Below, piece by piece: positions 46,190 to 55,381 of a stretch of DNA of 64,000 nt. This DNA is from Nitrospirota bacterium. GTDB taxonomy: Bacteria > Nitrospirota > JACRHJ01. Each line of letters starts with the position of its first letter. Positions within the stretch are counted from its first letter, which is position 1. Location of the stretch: assembly GCA_021784575.1 (NCBI GenBank), contig JAJYHX010000001.1, positions 413,917 through 477,916 of the forward strand, written 5' to 3'. The notes under the pieces are model-generated. The model saw only the letters and a program-made list of their open reading frames with translations. It was not told the DNA's origin and searched no databases. The translations under genes and the position numbers were made by a program.

Positions 46190-48481
46190 ATGCTGCGGAC
46201 GGCGAAACATATCATGCTTGTTCTGACGGTCGCGGCGGCGCTGCTCCCGGCTGTTGCGTACGCGGCAATAGGCGGCACGGAATCGAAACACAACATGACA
46301 CTGTTAGGCGGCTACCCCTACGGCCAGAACGTATGCGACGCATGTCATTCGTCACATTTCGACTCGGGCGTTAGGCTTTGGGCGGCGGGCAGGCAGACGG
46401 AACTCGCTAACGCAAAGAATCAGTCTCAGGACGAACTGGCCGGCGGGAATTATCCGGGCATATACCTCTGCCTCGACTGCCATAGCACGGCAGCGTCGGT
46501 TCCATCGGCGCCTGCCTCCTGGGCAAAGCCCGCCGCCGAGAACGTCGTCACGCACTCGACGCTCGAAATGAAATTCGCCGGGTATTCCACGAAATACGAG
46601 TCTTTTACGATGCAGTGCACCACCTGCCATAATACGCATCAGTACTGGAACGGCACGTTCCAGCCGGGCCAAAACGGATACATGATACGCTCCACCATCA
46701 TCACCCCGAACAGCGGCGTTAAGAAGGTGGTCTTCTACGCGATATCCGGCCCGAACTCCATGGGGAACGACTATACGCCCCATACGTCCATATGCGAGGT
46801 CTGCCATACCAGGACCACTTACCACAACAACGCGTCATCCAATAACCCGCATTACGACGGGCAGAAATGCACTCTCTGCCACAACCACCAGAACGGTTTC
46901 AGCGCGAGGTGGACATGCACCTCCTGCCACGGGAACCCGCCGACGAGCCAGCCGCTGCTTGTGGGCCGCTCCCTGAAGAACGGTTATCCGCCCACAGGCG
47001 AGACCTCGGCGGGTATGCACGCCTTCCACTTCTACTCCACGAAGGTTTATTCCACAAACGGGTCCTTCAGCGTCGGTTATTCCTGCGACTACTGCCACAA
47101 GGGCGGCATGAACGATACCGGGCTTACCGACAAGATTATAGAAGTGAAGTTCTCGGATTTTAGCCGCTACACATCCGGCAGTTTCGACGGCTTTGCTCCG
47201 ATAAGCGGCTATACCTTCAGCCCCGGCAATACCACCGGCGGGACGCAGGCCTGCTCCAACACCTATTGCCACGGCAACTTCTACGGCGGGAACAAGACCA
47301 ACAAGCCCGTATGGACAAACGCCGCGAGCGGGGCATGCGGCACCTGCCACGCCACCGCCCCACCGGCCCTTCTCGACCACAGCGTGCACCTAACGGCCTC
47401 GTGGGGACCGAAGGCGTCCTGCGACGACTGCCACGGCGCCAACGCCTCCATTGGCAGCAACACCGGGCACGTGGGCGGGTTCGTCATATTTGCAGACTTG
47501 AAGAACTTCTCCACCACGACCGTTTGCAACGGGTGCCACGGAAGCGGCGCGGCGATGGCAAAGGCATACTGGGGGCACACCAGCATCAGGTCGCAGGACT
47601 CCTGGTGCGAGTCCTGCCACAACGGCAACAGCCCGGCGTCCGTCGTGAATACCGCCGCCGGGACAGGCGGAGTCAATGTTACCGCGCAGAATGTCGTCGG
47701 CGACAAAACGACCTACGGTTACGACTATACCGGCCACGGCGCGCCCCCGGGCGCGATCCAGTGCACCGCATGTCACGACATAAAGTCTCAGCACGTGGGC
47801 CCAGCCTCGTTCTCGTACAAGGCGTCGTCCAATAACTACAGGTCCGCCTTCAGGATGGGTTCGGTGTCCAATACCGTCCCGCTGCTCGGCAGCTATACGT
47901 CTTCGGCGGCGGCGCTGTGCTATTCCTGCCACAGCCAGACGAAGATACTGGGTATGCCCGCCGAGGGAAAACCGTCATCCATGCACGTCCACAACCCCAT
48001 ATACATTTCCTCCTGGGCCACGGATTTCCGCAATACCTCGACGATACTCGGACTTTACAGCGGCGGCGACTGGGACGCCACCGGCAGCAGCGCCGACGAG
48101 CCCACCAACATCCACTGGAACCACCTTGACGACTACGGGAGCACCAAACGCTACCCGTCGGCCTACATATACGACTCCGACGGCGACGGAGCCGGAGACT
48201 CCCGCATCGTCTGCGATACATGTCACGACCCGCACGGCACGCAGCAGCCCGCGATGGTATACGATGCGTTCGACCTGAGGACTTATTCCGCCCCGCCCAA
48301 TCCCGGCTACAGATGGGTAAACGGAAGCGGATATGCGACGAACAGGTGCATTTCCCCCGGCAACTCATGTCATACGGCGGGAGATTTTCCTGGAACCGCG
48401 GGCATGAGGTGGTATCGGCAGACCCTGTCGAATACCACAACCGGCGCCCCGGTGGGACTTACGGCGACTCAGCTGCAATAG
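46190..48481 (+). CDS. Secreted multiheme c-type cytochrome, ~764 aa, ~15 CXXCH (one CX4CH) motifs (cytochrome C)
   Basis: ATG at 46190 with RBS gaggg; signal peptide MLRTAKHIMLVLTVAAALLPAVAYA; CDACH, CLDCH, CTTCH, CEVCH, CTLCH, CTSCH, CDYCH, CSNTYCH, CGTCH, CDDCH, CNGCH, CESCH, CTACH, CYSCH, CDTCH. The track ORF start at 46154 overlaps cytochrome B. Confidence 0.75.
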   Translation: MLRTAKHIMLVLTVAAALLPAVAYAAIGGTESKHNMTLLGGYPYGQNVCDACHSSHFDSGVRLWAAGRQTELANAKNQSQDELAGGNYPGIYLCLDCHSTAASVPSAPASWAKPAAENVVTHSTLEMKFAGYSTKYESFTMQCTTCHNTHQYWNGTFQPGQNGYMIRSTIITPNSGVKKVVFYAISGPNSMGNDYTPHTSICEVCHTRTTYHNNASSNNPHYDGQKCTLCHNHQNGFSARWTCTSCHGNPPTSQPLLVGRSLKNGYPPTGETSAGMHAFHFYSTKVYSTNGSFSVGYSCDYCHKGGMNDTGLTDKIIEVKFSDFSRYTSGSFDGFAPISGYTFSPGNTTGGTQACSNTYCHGNFYGGNKTNKPVWTNAASGACGTCHATAPPALLDHSVHLTASWGPKASCDDCHGANASIGSNTGHVGGFVIFADLKNFSTTTVCNGCHGSGAAMAKAYWGHTSIRSQDSWCESCHNGNSPASVVNTAAGTGGVNVTAQNVVGDKTTYGYDYTGHGAPPGAIQCTACHDIKSQHVGPASFSYKASSNNYRSAFRMGSVSNTVPLLGSYTSSAAALCYSCHSQTKILGMPAEGKPSSMHVHNPIYISSWATDFRNTSTILGLYSGGDWDATGSSADEPTNIHWNHLDDYGSTKRYPSAYIYDSDGDGAGDSRIVCDTCHDPHGTQQPAMVYDAFDLRTYSAPPNPGYRWVNGSGYATNRCISPGNSCHTAGDFPGTAGMRWYRQTLSNTTTGAPVGLTATQLQ

Positions 48482-48492
48482 GAGAGTCGGCT

Positions 48493-50928
48493 ATGAAGAT
48501 GAAAATGACGAAGACAAAAACGGTTCTACTTTTTGCGGTGTTCGCGCTTGTTGGCGTTGCCGCAGGGCTGCCCGCCGAGGCTGCGCCGGCGACCGCGCGT
48601 ATCGTGCCTGCGCGGATGCGTCCGCAGATGGCGGCGCGCGTGTTTGCGCCGGAAACGTCCGTGCATATGCAGAGGTTCGCGCCCGGGCATATGTCCATGC
48701 CCATGCGTATGCCGGCGCAGATTCGTCCATGGCAGAGGCCCGCGCCCGGGCAGGCATCCACGCCCATGCGTATGCCGGCGCAGATTCGTCCGATGCAGAG
48801 GCCCGTGCCCGCGCAGACCAGTCCGGTGCGGAGGTCCGCGTCCGGGCAGACCAGTCCGCAGGCGCCTGCGCAGAAGCCCGTCTCCGGCCAAACGTCCGCC
48901 GCCGGTCAAACCGCCCCGGCCGGTAAAAGCGGCGGGCCTGGCATAAAGCTTCAATGGAAGGCCCCCGCCGGCATTGCCGTGTCGAAGATAGCGGGGTACT
49001 ACATCCTGCGCGCCGACAAAGAGCTTGGGCCGTATAAAAGAATAAACGAAAGCCCTGTCAAGACGCTTTCGTACGACGATAAGGGCCTGAAAGACAAGGC
49101 GGGGTATTTCTACGAGGTTTGCACGGTTTTGCAAAACGGCACGATGAGCCGCCCCACGAAGCCTGTCGGGATAATTGTCGGAAGCAAGCAGACGTACGCG
49201 CCGCCGCGGATAGAATCCTTTGGCGCGGATTCCGCCGGGAAAGTCAGATATGCCGGAGAGACCGCGTTTTTCAACATGAGCGGGACTCCGGGAGACAACG
49301 CGGTTTTTTCCATCGAAGGTCAGACAGGCGGGATAACGACGCCCGGCACGCAGATAACGATGAAGGAGATAACGCCCGGCGTTTACAGGGGCGCATACAC
49401 CGTGGCGCGCGGCGTCCGGATAATAAACGGTTATGCGGCGGCTACATTGTCGGATGACAAGGGAGGGCAGGCTGCCGCAAAGACCGGCGCCAACCTCGAT
49501 TTTATCGGGATGGCCAAACCGGCAATCTCCGGACTTTACGCAAGCCGGATTACAAGCGACAGCGTGTGCGTCGGCTGGCCCCGCGTCGACACCGGCGAAG
49601 GATATTACAACCTGTATCGGGACACCTCGCGCATAGTGGACGCCAGCAAACTTACCCCGCTGTCTGCGAACATGAACACCAGCGTATCCACATTCATAGA
49701 CGATTCCGTAAAGGCGGGGACAAGCTACTACTATGTCCTGGTTTACGACGATCTTTCGGGCGCGCCGCTCGCCATAAGCGATAACCTGGAAGTCAATGTC
49801 CCGTGGATGCATGTTTCATTCGGAGCAAACTCCGTGCATGAAGACTCCGGAGGGAAAACCCTGAAGCCCGGAGACGTCCTCGGCGTAACCGTGAACACGG
49901 CGGCCGGCGGCAAGGCGGCATTCAGTATAAGCAATACGGCCAGCAACCTTGCGCTGACGGAAGGCCCGGCCGGGGTCTACAAGGGCGCGTGGACGATAAA
50001 GGAGGGCGACGGGATATTCAAGAGCAGGGTGGCCGTGAATTTTACGGCCCCTGACGGCAGACAGCATTCCGCGCTGTCCGCAACGCTTGTCTCCGTGGAC
50101 GCCCCGAAGGCAAATCAAGTGAAGCCCGCCGTTCTTGCGGCCTCCGTGAAAACCATTGGGGGCAGGAATCCGGTACTGGTCAATAGCAGAAATCCAGCCG
50201 GGATTAATAAGAAGCTGCCCGGAGCCGGGAAGCCGGTTATCGCCGGGATTAAAGGCAACGTCAGGGTAATTCCGGGGCCGCCGGGCAGGCCGGCAGCCGG
50301 AAAGAAACTTACCGTATTGCCCGGGAAGGCGGGAAGAACGTCAATCATCACAACCGGAGGGCTTGCCTCAAGACCCGGCGGTGTCATCGGCGCGGCGCAG
50401 GCGGCGAAGAGCGCATCAATCATCACGGGCGGGAGGCCTGACTCAATACCGCGTGGGCTGCCGTATGAATTTCAGAAGCCGGAACCCCGGCCATCTCCTG
50501 CTCCGGGAATGCATTCTCCGGCTTCGGGAATACAAAGGGCCGGCGGCTCGTTTCCGGGCAGGCCGGCGGAAAGCGCCGGAACCCCGGCGAACGCTGTGAA
50601 CCCGATTGGCGTTGTAAACCCGGCAGGCACTGTGGCCCCGATTGGCGTTGTGAACCCGCTTGGCGCTGTAAACCCGGCAGGCACTGTGGCCACGATTGGC
50701 GTTGTGAACCCGCTTGGCACGGTGAACGCGGCGGGCGCGGGGAATGCTGCCGCGGGGCCTGTCTCAAGCCTTCCGGCGCCGTCGCATGGGAAGAAAAAAC
50801 CGGGAACTCCGCAGTCTCCGGCTTCGGGAACACAGTCTCCGGTTCCGGGAATGCAGTCTCCGGTTCCGGGAATGCAAAAGGCCGGCGGCTCGGTTCCGGG
50901 CCACGGCGTTTCGGCCTTTGGAGACTGA
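48493..50928 (+). CDS. Large repetitive secreted/surface protein (~811 aa) with FN3-like and Ig-like domains, N-terminal Met/Pro/Arg-rich repeats and C-terminal NPxGxV repeats
   Basis: Signal peptide MKMKMTKTKTVLLFAVFALVGVAAGLPAEA. Repeats MPMRMPAQIRP(W/M)QRP x2; FN3-like (GYYILRADKELGPY...; GYYNLYRD...SYYYVLVYDD); two Ig-like modules; C-terminal tandem (NPIGVVNPAGTVAPIGVVNPLGAVNPAGTVATIGVVNPLGTVN) mirrored by ~60-nt DNA tandem repeats at ~50590..50720 and ~48700..48830. Confidence 0.55.
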   Translation: MKMKMTKTKTVLLFAVFALVGVAAGLPAEAAPATARIVPARMRPQMAARVFAPETSVHMQRFAPGHMSMPMRMPAQIRPWQRPAPGQASTPMRMPAQIRPMQRPVPAQTSPVRRSASGQTSPQAPAQKPVSGQTSAAGQTAPAGKSGGPGIKLQWKAPAGIAVSKIAGYYILRADKELGPYKRINESPVKTLSYDDKGLKDKAGYFYEVCTVLQNGTMSRPTKPVGIIVGSKQTYAPPRIESFGADSAGKVRYAGETAFFNMSGTPGDNAVFSIEGQTGGITTPGTQITMKEITPGVYRGAYTVARGVRIINGYAAATLSDDKGGQAAAKTGANLDFIGMAKPAISGLYASRITSDSVCVGWPRVDTGEGYYNLYRDTSRIVDASKLTPLSANMNTSVSTFIDDSVKAGTSYYYVLVYDDLSGAPLAISDNLEVNVPWMHVSFGANSVHEDSGGKTLKPGDVLGVTVNTAAGGKAAFSISNTASNLALTEGPAGVYKGAWTIKEGDGIFKSRVAVNFTAPDGRQHSALSATLVSVDAPKANQVKPAVLAASVKTIGGRNPVLVNSRNPAGINKKLPGAGKPVIAGIKGNVRVIPGPPGRPAAGKKLTVLPGKAGRTSIITTGGLASRPGGVIGAAQAAKSASIITGGRPDSIPRGLPYEFQKPEPRPSPAPGMHSPASGIQRAGGSFPGRPAESAGTPANAVNPIGVVNPAGTVAPIGVVNPLGAVNPAGTVATIGVVNPLGTVNAAGAGNAAAGPVSSLPAPSHGKKKPGTPQSPASGTQSPVPGMQSPVPGMQKAGGSVPGHGVSAFGD

Positions 50929-51007
50929 AATTTATATAACTGGCCGTAAAGACATGGCGTAAAGGCATTGGGGACCTGTGAAAATATTCCCGACCCTGTC
51001 TGGGAAA

Positions 51008-52813
51008 ATGCTCTTTGTAAAGTATTGGCCCGCGGTTGTGGCGGGGGCCGCGGTGTTTTTTGCCCTGTTCTCAAACCCGATGCTCTCTTTTGCCGCGATG
51101 AGCTACGGAACGGATTTATCTTATCAGCAGAACAGTTCGACCAGCGGCAGTATTACCAGCAGCAACGCCCAGGAGCGGTTCGGAGCCTATTTCGACATGC
51201 TGTCCGCGCCAAACTCCAAACTGACGCTTACCGGGATATTCCGCCTGGACGTTGTCAGGAATACGGCAAATGCCGGGAGCAAGAGCTTCGAGCTCGACCC
51301 GGATGTCGCCGTCAATATGTCCACCAGGGCGACGCAGATTGGCGTCGGCTACACGGATATTAACGTGACCAACAATATCATAACAAACGGACAGACCCAG
51401 ACCCAGACGACGAAAGCCACGGATATGTACGCGGACTCCGCTTTTGCCAGCGGGAACCTTCCGGCGCTCAGGGTCAGATACGACGCGCGCAACCAGAACC
51501 AGTCCGCCTCGGGCTCGCCGTCCAGCGACACGAAGACGGGAGCGTTCGACGTGTCGACTAATTACAGGATCGGCATAATTGCGTTTAGCGGCGATTACAA
51601 CAACCAGGCGACAACGACCAACACGACCGGACAGACCCAGGATACGACCTCTATAAACGGCCAGGTCAGCGCGGCGAAAAGTTTTGGAAGCAGATTTACC
51701 GCAGGCGTGAGCGAGAATTACAACTACGCGCTCGCCACCACTGACGGCCAGGCCAATTCCAAGGCCTATAATTCAATATCCGATTTGACTGCGTCATATG
51801 TGCCTATTGCCGGGGCGCAGGTTTCGGGGAGCTATCTATACAGGTTGTCGGAAGACCTCCTCAATGCGTCCGGCACCGGCAGGACCACCCAGAGCACGTA
51901 TTTCAGCTCGGCCAGTTACGCATTTCCGAAATATCTCCGGCTCTACGGTTCGTATATCCTGAACGACTCATCGGGGGGGATAAGCTCGTCCTCGAGCCAG
52001 ACGCTCGGCGGAATGGACCTGATCCACCACGTAGGCATATTTACCTTCAGCTCAAGGTACGAAAAGAGATTCGACACAAACAGCAGCCAGGGGAGCGCCT
52101 CGACTTCGGATACTCAGGACAACGTGGACTGGCTTATCTCCGCCCATCCGTCCATGTTCCTCAACATGGCCCTCTCCGAATCGTACGTCAATTCCTCGAA
52201 CTCATCCAACACGGGCAGTTCGTCAAACGAATTCAGGTTTATGACCAACATCGGCCCGATAAAGAACCTGTCCATGAACCCTTACTGGGACTATACGGTA
52301 TCGGCCACATCTCCCGGTTCTTCCTCGACCAACAATATGGATATGGTTATCCCGGTGATGTATGTGCTGAGCCTGCGGCAGAGGTTGATGATGAATTTCT
52401 CAGACATGTACAGGATGGCATGGGCCGGCGGCACAGGCGCGGCCACCACGTCTACAACCCAGAACAACGCGGTTGTAAGGCTTTCTCTCGCAAGGCCGCT
52501 GCCCAACACGATGTTGACCGCCGACGCGGCCTTCAACACCTCATGGGGCACCAACGCGCAAGCCGTCACGACCAGCTCATATTCTCTCATGGGAAGCTGG
52601 TTTGATCAGCCGCACGCGCTGAACTTCAATTTAATGTATCAGCCGGCGTCCTTGTCTCCGGCCACCATGAATTTGGCCGCGCAGTACAGCCTCGGCGTAA
52701 GGCTCAGGAACCTGGCCGTGAGCTTGCAGGCGCGGTATAGCTACTCACAGGTTTTTACATCCGAAAGGAACAATTCACAGGCGATTTACCTTTCGTTAAG
52801 TATCAGGAAATAA
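51008..52813 (+). CDS. Putative outer-membrane beta-barrel protein (Ser/Thr/Asn/Gln/Tyr-rich, amphipathic beta-strand pattern)
   Basis: Signal peptide MLFVKYWPAVVAGAAVFFALFSNPMLSFA; many alternating hydrophobic/polar strands (RFTAGVSENYNYAL, YLRLYGSYILND, AVVRLSLARPL, NLAVSLQARYSYSQVF, AIYLSLSIRK). No terminal Phe, so beta-barrel assignment is tentative. Confidence 0.4.
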   Translation: MLFVKYWPAVVAGAAVFFALFSNPMLSFAAMSYGTDLSYQQNSSTSGSITSSNAQERFGAYFDMLSAPNSKLTLTGIFRLDVVRNTANAGSKSFELDPDVAVNMSTRATQIGVGYTDINVTNNIITNGQTQTQTTKATDMYADSAFASGNLPALRVRYDARNQNQSASGSPSSDTKTGAFDVSTNYRIGIIAFSGDYNNQATTTNTTGQTQDTTSINGQVSAAKSFGSRFTAGVSENYNYALATTDGQANSKAYNSISDLTASYVPIAGAQVSGSYLYRLSEDLLNASGTGRTTQSTYFSSASYAFPKYLRLYGSYILNDSSGGISSSSSQTLGGMDLIHHVGIFTFSSRYEKRFDTNSSQGSASTSDTQDNVDWLISAHPSMFLNMALSESYVNSSNSSNTGSSSNEFRFMTNIGPIKNLSMNPYWDYTVSATSPGSSSTNNMDMVIPVMYVLSLRQRLMMNFSDMYRMAWAGGTGAATTSTTQNNAVVRLSLARPLPNTMLTADAAFNTSWGTNAQAVTTSSYSLMGSWFDQPHALNFNLMYQPASLSPATMNLAAQYSLGVRLRNLAVSLQARYSYSQVFTSERNNSQAIYLSLSIRK

Positions 52814-52917
52814 AGAGTGAATTCAATCTTTAAAAATTTTTAATTTTCAAAGATTGATGTTGCAAATCAATTATAGCTATGATAAAAAGTCAAACTGGGG
52901 GAGGGGGAGCGTTTATT

Positions 52918-53697
52918 ATGCGAATTAGTATCAGGTTTCTTCTTTTTGCATGTCTGGCGGTTTTATTTCTTGCTGGTTGCGGAAGCGGGACGACCCGTCT
53001 TTTTACCAAGCCTATCGCCGAATCCACTTACGTGACATATCCGGAATGGGGCCCCGACTGCGACGTCGCGGTTATGCCTTTCGTGAACGTGTCCAAGGAC
53101 AAGGATGCGGGCCTTAAGGCGCGCGATCTCTTCGTTACCGAGCTCTATATCTCCGGCGCCTTCAAGGATGTCGTGGACGAGGGCCAGATGGTCGAGGTAA
53201 TGAAGAAGCTTAAGCTTAGGGAGACCGACAACATCGGCAAGGACACGCTGAAGACCCTTGGGGACAGCTTGGGCGTTCAGGCCGTCATATTCGGCACGGT
53301 CGAGGTGTACAACGAACGGTCCACCCAGGGCGCGCAATTCGCGGTATCGTTGCGCATGGTGGATGTCGATACCGGCCAGATACTCTGGCTCGGGGACGCG
53401 TCCAAGGAGGGCGGCGGGACGGTTTCCGAGGCCCTGGGGCTTTCCAGCGGCCCGCCCGTAATCGACGTTGCGCGCGACGTCATGAGCGGCCTCGTGGACG
53501 ACCTTGCGAGTGAAATAAGGGACAGGAAGGTAACGGGTAAAAAGGCCCTTGCGCTTTTAAAGAGAGAGAAGATGGGAAATGTATTGAAGGCCAAGGTGAA
53601 TAGCGCGCTCGTCCCGAACCAGCAGGCCGGAGCTGTGCCGCCGCCCGCCGTTAAAAGCAACTCCGCGGGCATAACGCCTGCGCCGGTCGTTCCTTAA
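52918..53697 (+). CDS. Lipoprotein of the LpoB/CsgG/TolB-N-like fold family (PF-type VAVMPFxNxS motif)
   Basis: Lipobox LFLAGCGS with ATG at 52918 and RBS gggggaggggga. VAVMPFVNVSKDKDAGLKARDLFVTELYISGAFKDVVDEGQ...AVIFGTVEVY matches the conserved LpoB/CsgG-like core. Pro/Ala-rich C-terminal tail. Confidence 0.45.
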   Translation: MRISIRFLLFACLAVLFLAGCGSGTTRLFTKPIAESTYVTYPEWGPDCDVAVMPFVNVSKDKDAGLKARDLFVTELYISGAFKDVVDEGQMVEVMKKLKLRETDNIGKDTLKTLGDSLGVQAVIFGTVEVYNERSTQGAQFAVSLRMVDVDTGQILWLGDASKEGGGTVSEALGLSSGPPVIDVARDVMSGLVDDLASEIRDRKVTGKKALALLKREKMGNVLKAKVNSALVPNQQAGAVPPPAVKSNSAGITPAPVVP

Positions 53698-53749
53698 GAT
53701 GGGGTGGCGGGAAAATACCGTGATTCCCGGATGACGATGTTTCATTGTT

Positions 53750-53832
53750 CGTCATTCCCGCGAAGGCGGGAATCCAGTGACTTTAAAAATCGCTGGGCCC
53801 CCGTTTAAAGACGTCCGGGGATGACAGGCTTT
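53750..53832 (+). repeat. MITE-like repeat family A copy in the spacer upstream of NHL paralog 3
   Basis: cgtcattcccgcgaaggcgggaatccagtgactttaaaaatcgctgggcccccgtttaaagacgtccggggatgacaggc. Confidence 0.6.
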
Positions 53833-53896
53833 AAAATTCGCGGGCACGGGTATTAATAACGAGAACAGGGGTTTTAAGTATAAAATGCGTATATCC

Positions 53897-55381
53897 ATGA
53901 AGAATATAAAAACTGTTGCGGTATATGCGGCCTTCGCCCTTGCAGTCTGGGGCTGCGGCCACAGCACGGTGGTCGTGGGGCGCCGGGCCGAGATTAAAGG
54001 CATAAAACCCCAGGAGCAGTCCCAGCCTTCGGTATCGGCGAAGTCCGCCAAGGCCGCCGGCCGGAAACAACAGTCCGTCCTCGCGGGCGCAAAAGGCGGC
54101 GCGATGGGCATGGGCGGGCCGTCCGGCGCGAAAGCATCGACTGCCAAGGTTGCCGCCAATATGCTGCCGCAGTCTTCGCCGGCAAGGCCGCGGCCCGCGC
54201 CTCCGAAAGAGGAAGCAAAGTCAAAATCCGGCCCCGCGCCATACAAGCTCGACCTCTCCTTCGGCGGTTTCGGGCTTGGGATAGGGCTTTTCGATACGCC
54301 CGTGGCCGTTGCGGTGGACGACCAGGAAAATATGTATGTCGTTGACCAGGGTAACTACCGCATACAGAAGTTTGACCGTTTCGGCCTCTTCCAGTTCGCA
54401 TTCGGCAGGCAGGGCATGGGAGAGGGGGAGTTTGCGCAATCCATGACGACCCCCACGGCCCTGCGCGAGACCGGCGAGTTCGAGTTCAACAAGCCCGTCG
54501 GGATATACCTCGACCAGGACCGCACCAGGAACCTGACCAGGATACAGGTTGTGGACTCTCTGAACAACCGCATACAGCGTTTCCTCGTCGCGTCCAACGT
54601 ATCGGACTTCATGAATGTGTACAACCCCTTCGACGCAAGTCCGCCGAACGTTTTTATCATGCTCACAAAAACCGGGAATGCGGTCGATACGGCCCTGCAC
54701 GACAAGTTCCTTGCGGAGAACAGGCTCGTCATACTCGACCCGCTATACCTCCAGGACATTGCGGGAAAGGCCAACGCATTCCTGCTTACTCCGTTTATAT
54801 GGGGTGGGCTGGGCTTCACGCAGGGCCAGCTTAACCAGCCGACATATCTTACAATGGACGAAAACAACGTCCTTTGGGTTTCCGACACCGGGAACGGACG
54901 CGTGGAAGGCTTCAATGTAAGCGAGTCCAACCCCGCGGTCGATGCGACATATTTCCGCGAGTTCGGAAACGACACGAACCTCTCTTACGGCAAGGGCAGG
55001 CTCAATCAGCCGACCGCCATCGCCTACGATAACGAGGGACTCGGCGGGTTCCTTGTCCTCGACAAGCTCCCGGACGGCACTTACGCAATCGAGAAATTCG
55101 ACAGAGACGGCCGTTTCAAGGGGATATTTACCAAATCCGGCGACAAGGAAGGACAGTTGAAAGAGCCGGTTGACATCGCCCTGAGCCCTTTCGACAATAC
55201 CTGTTTCGTTACGGACAGGGGCAGGCGGAAGGTTATGGTCTACAACAACAAGGGCGTGTTCATGTACGAGTTCGGCGGCAACGAGCTGGCGGATCCGAGG
55301 GGCATAACGGTCTTAAGGAACGGCTATGTCTATGTTACGGACGCCGCCAAGAACATGGTCTACCGGTATGTCCCGCAATAA
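53897..55381 (+). CDS. Secreted/lipo NHL-repeat beta-propeller protein (paralog 3; lacks FN3 domains, has Ala/Lys/Gly-rich linker)
   Basis: MKNIKTVAVYAAFALAVWGCGHS signal; NHL blades (ENMYVVDQGNYRIQKFDRFGLFQFAFG, TRIQVVDSLNNRIQRF, NNVLWVSDTGNGRVEGFN, FLVLDKLPDGTYAIEKFDRDGRF, NTCFVTDRGRRKVMVYNNKGVFM, GYVYVTDAAKNMVYRY). Confidence 0.65.
   Translation: MKNIKTVAVYAAFALAVWGCGHSTVVVGRRAEIKGIKPQEQSQPSVSAKSAKAAGRKQQSVLAGAKGGAMGMGGPSGAKASTAKVAANMLPQSSPARPRPAPPKEEAKSKSGPAPYKLDLSFGGFGLGIGLFDTPVAVAVDDQENMYVVDQGNYRIQKFDRFGLFQFAFGRQGMGEGEFAQSMTTPTALRETGEFEFNKPVGIYLDQDRTRNLTRIQVVDSLNNRIQRFLVASNVSDFMNVYNPFDASPPNVFIMLTKTGNAVDTALHDKFLAENRLVILDPLYLQDIAGKANAFLLTPFIWGGLGFTQGQLNQPTYLTMDENNVLWVSDTGNGRVEGFNVSESNPAVDATYFREFGNDTNLSYGKGRLNQPTAIAYDNEGLGGFLVLDKLPDGTYAIEKFDRDGRFKGIFTKSGDKEGQLKEPVDIALSPFDNTCFVTDRGRRKVMVYNNKGVFMYEFGGNELADPRGITVLRNGYVYVTDAAKNMVYRYVPQ

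Noticed and set aside
48220-48492. Upstream extension of the repetitive secreted protein ORF (track start 48220)
   Set aside because: It overlaps the cytochrome C gene. The ATG at 48493 immediately precedes a canonical signal peptide (MKMKMTKTKTVLLFAVFALVGVAAG).
8672-53832. Possibility that the hairpin repeats (TTCCCGCGAAAGCGGGAA etc.) are CRISPR repeats
   Set aside because: Copies are single and dispersed across the window. There are no regularly spaced direct repeats with unique spacers and no cas genes.
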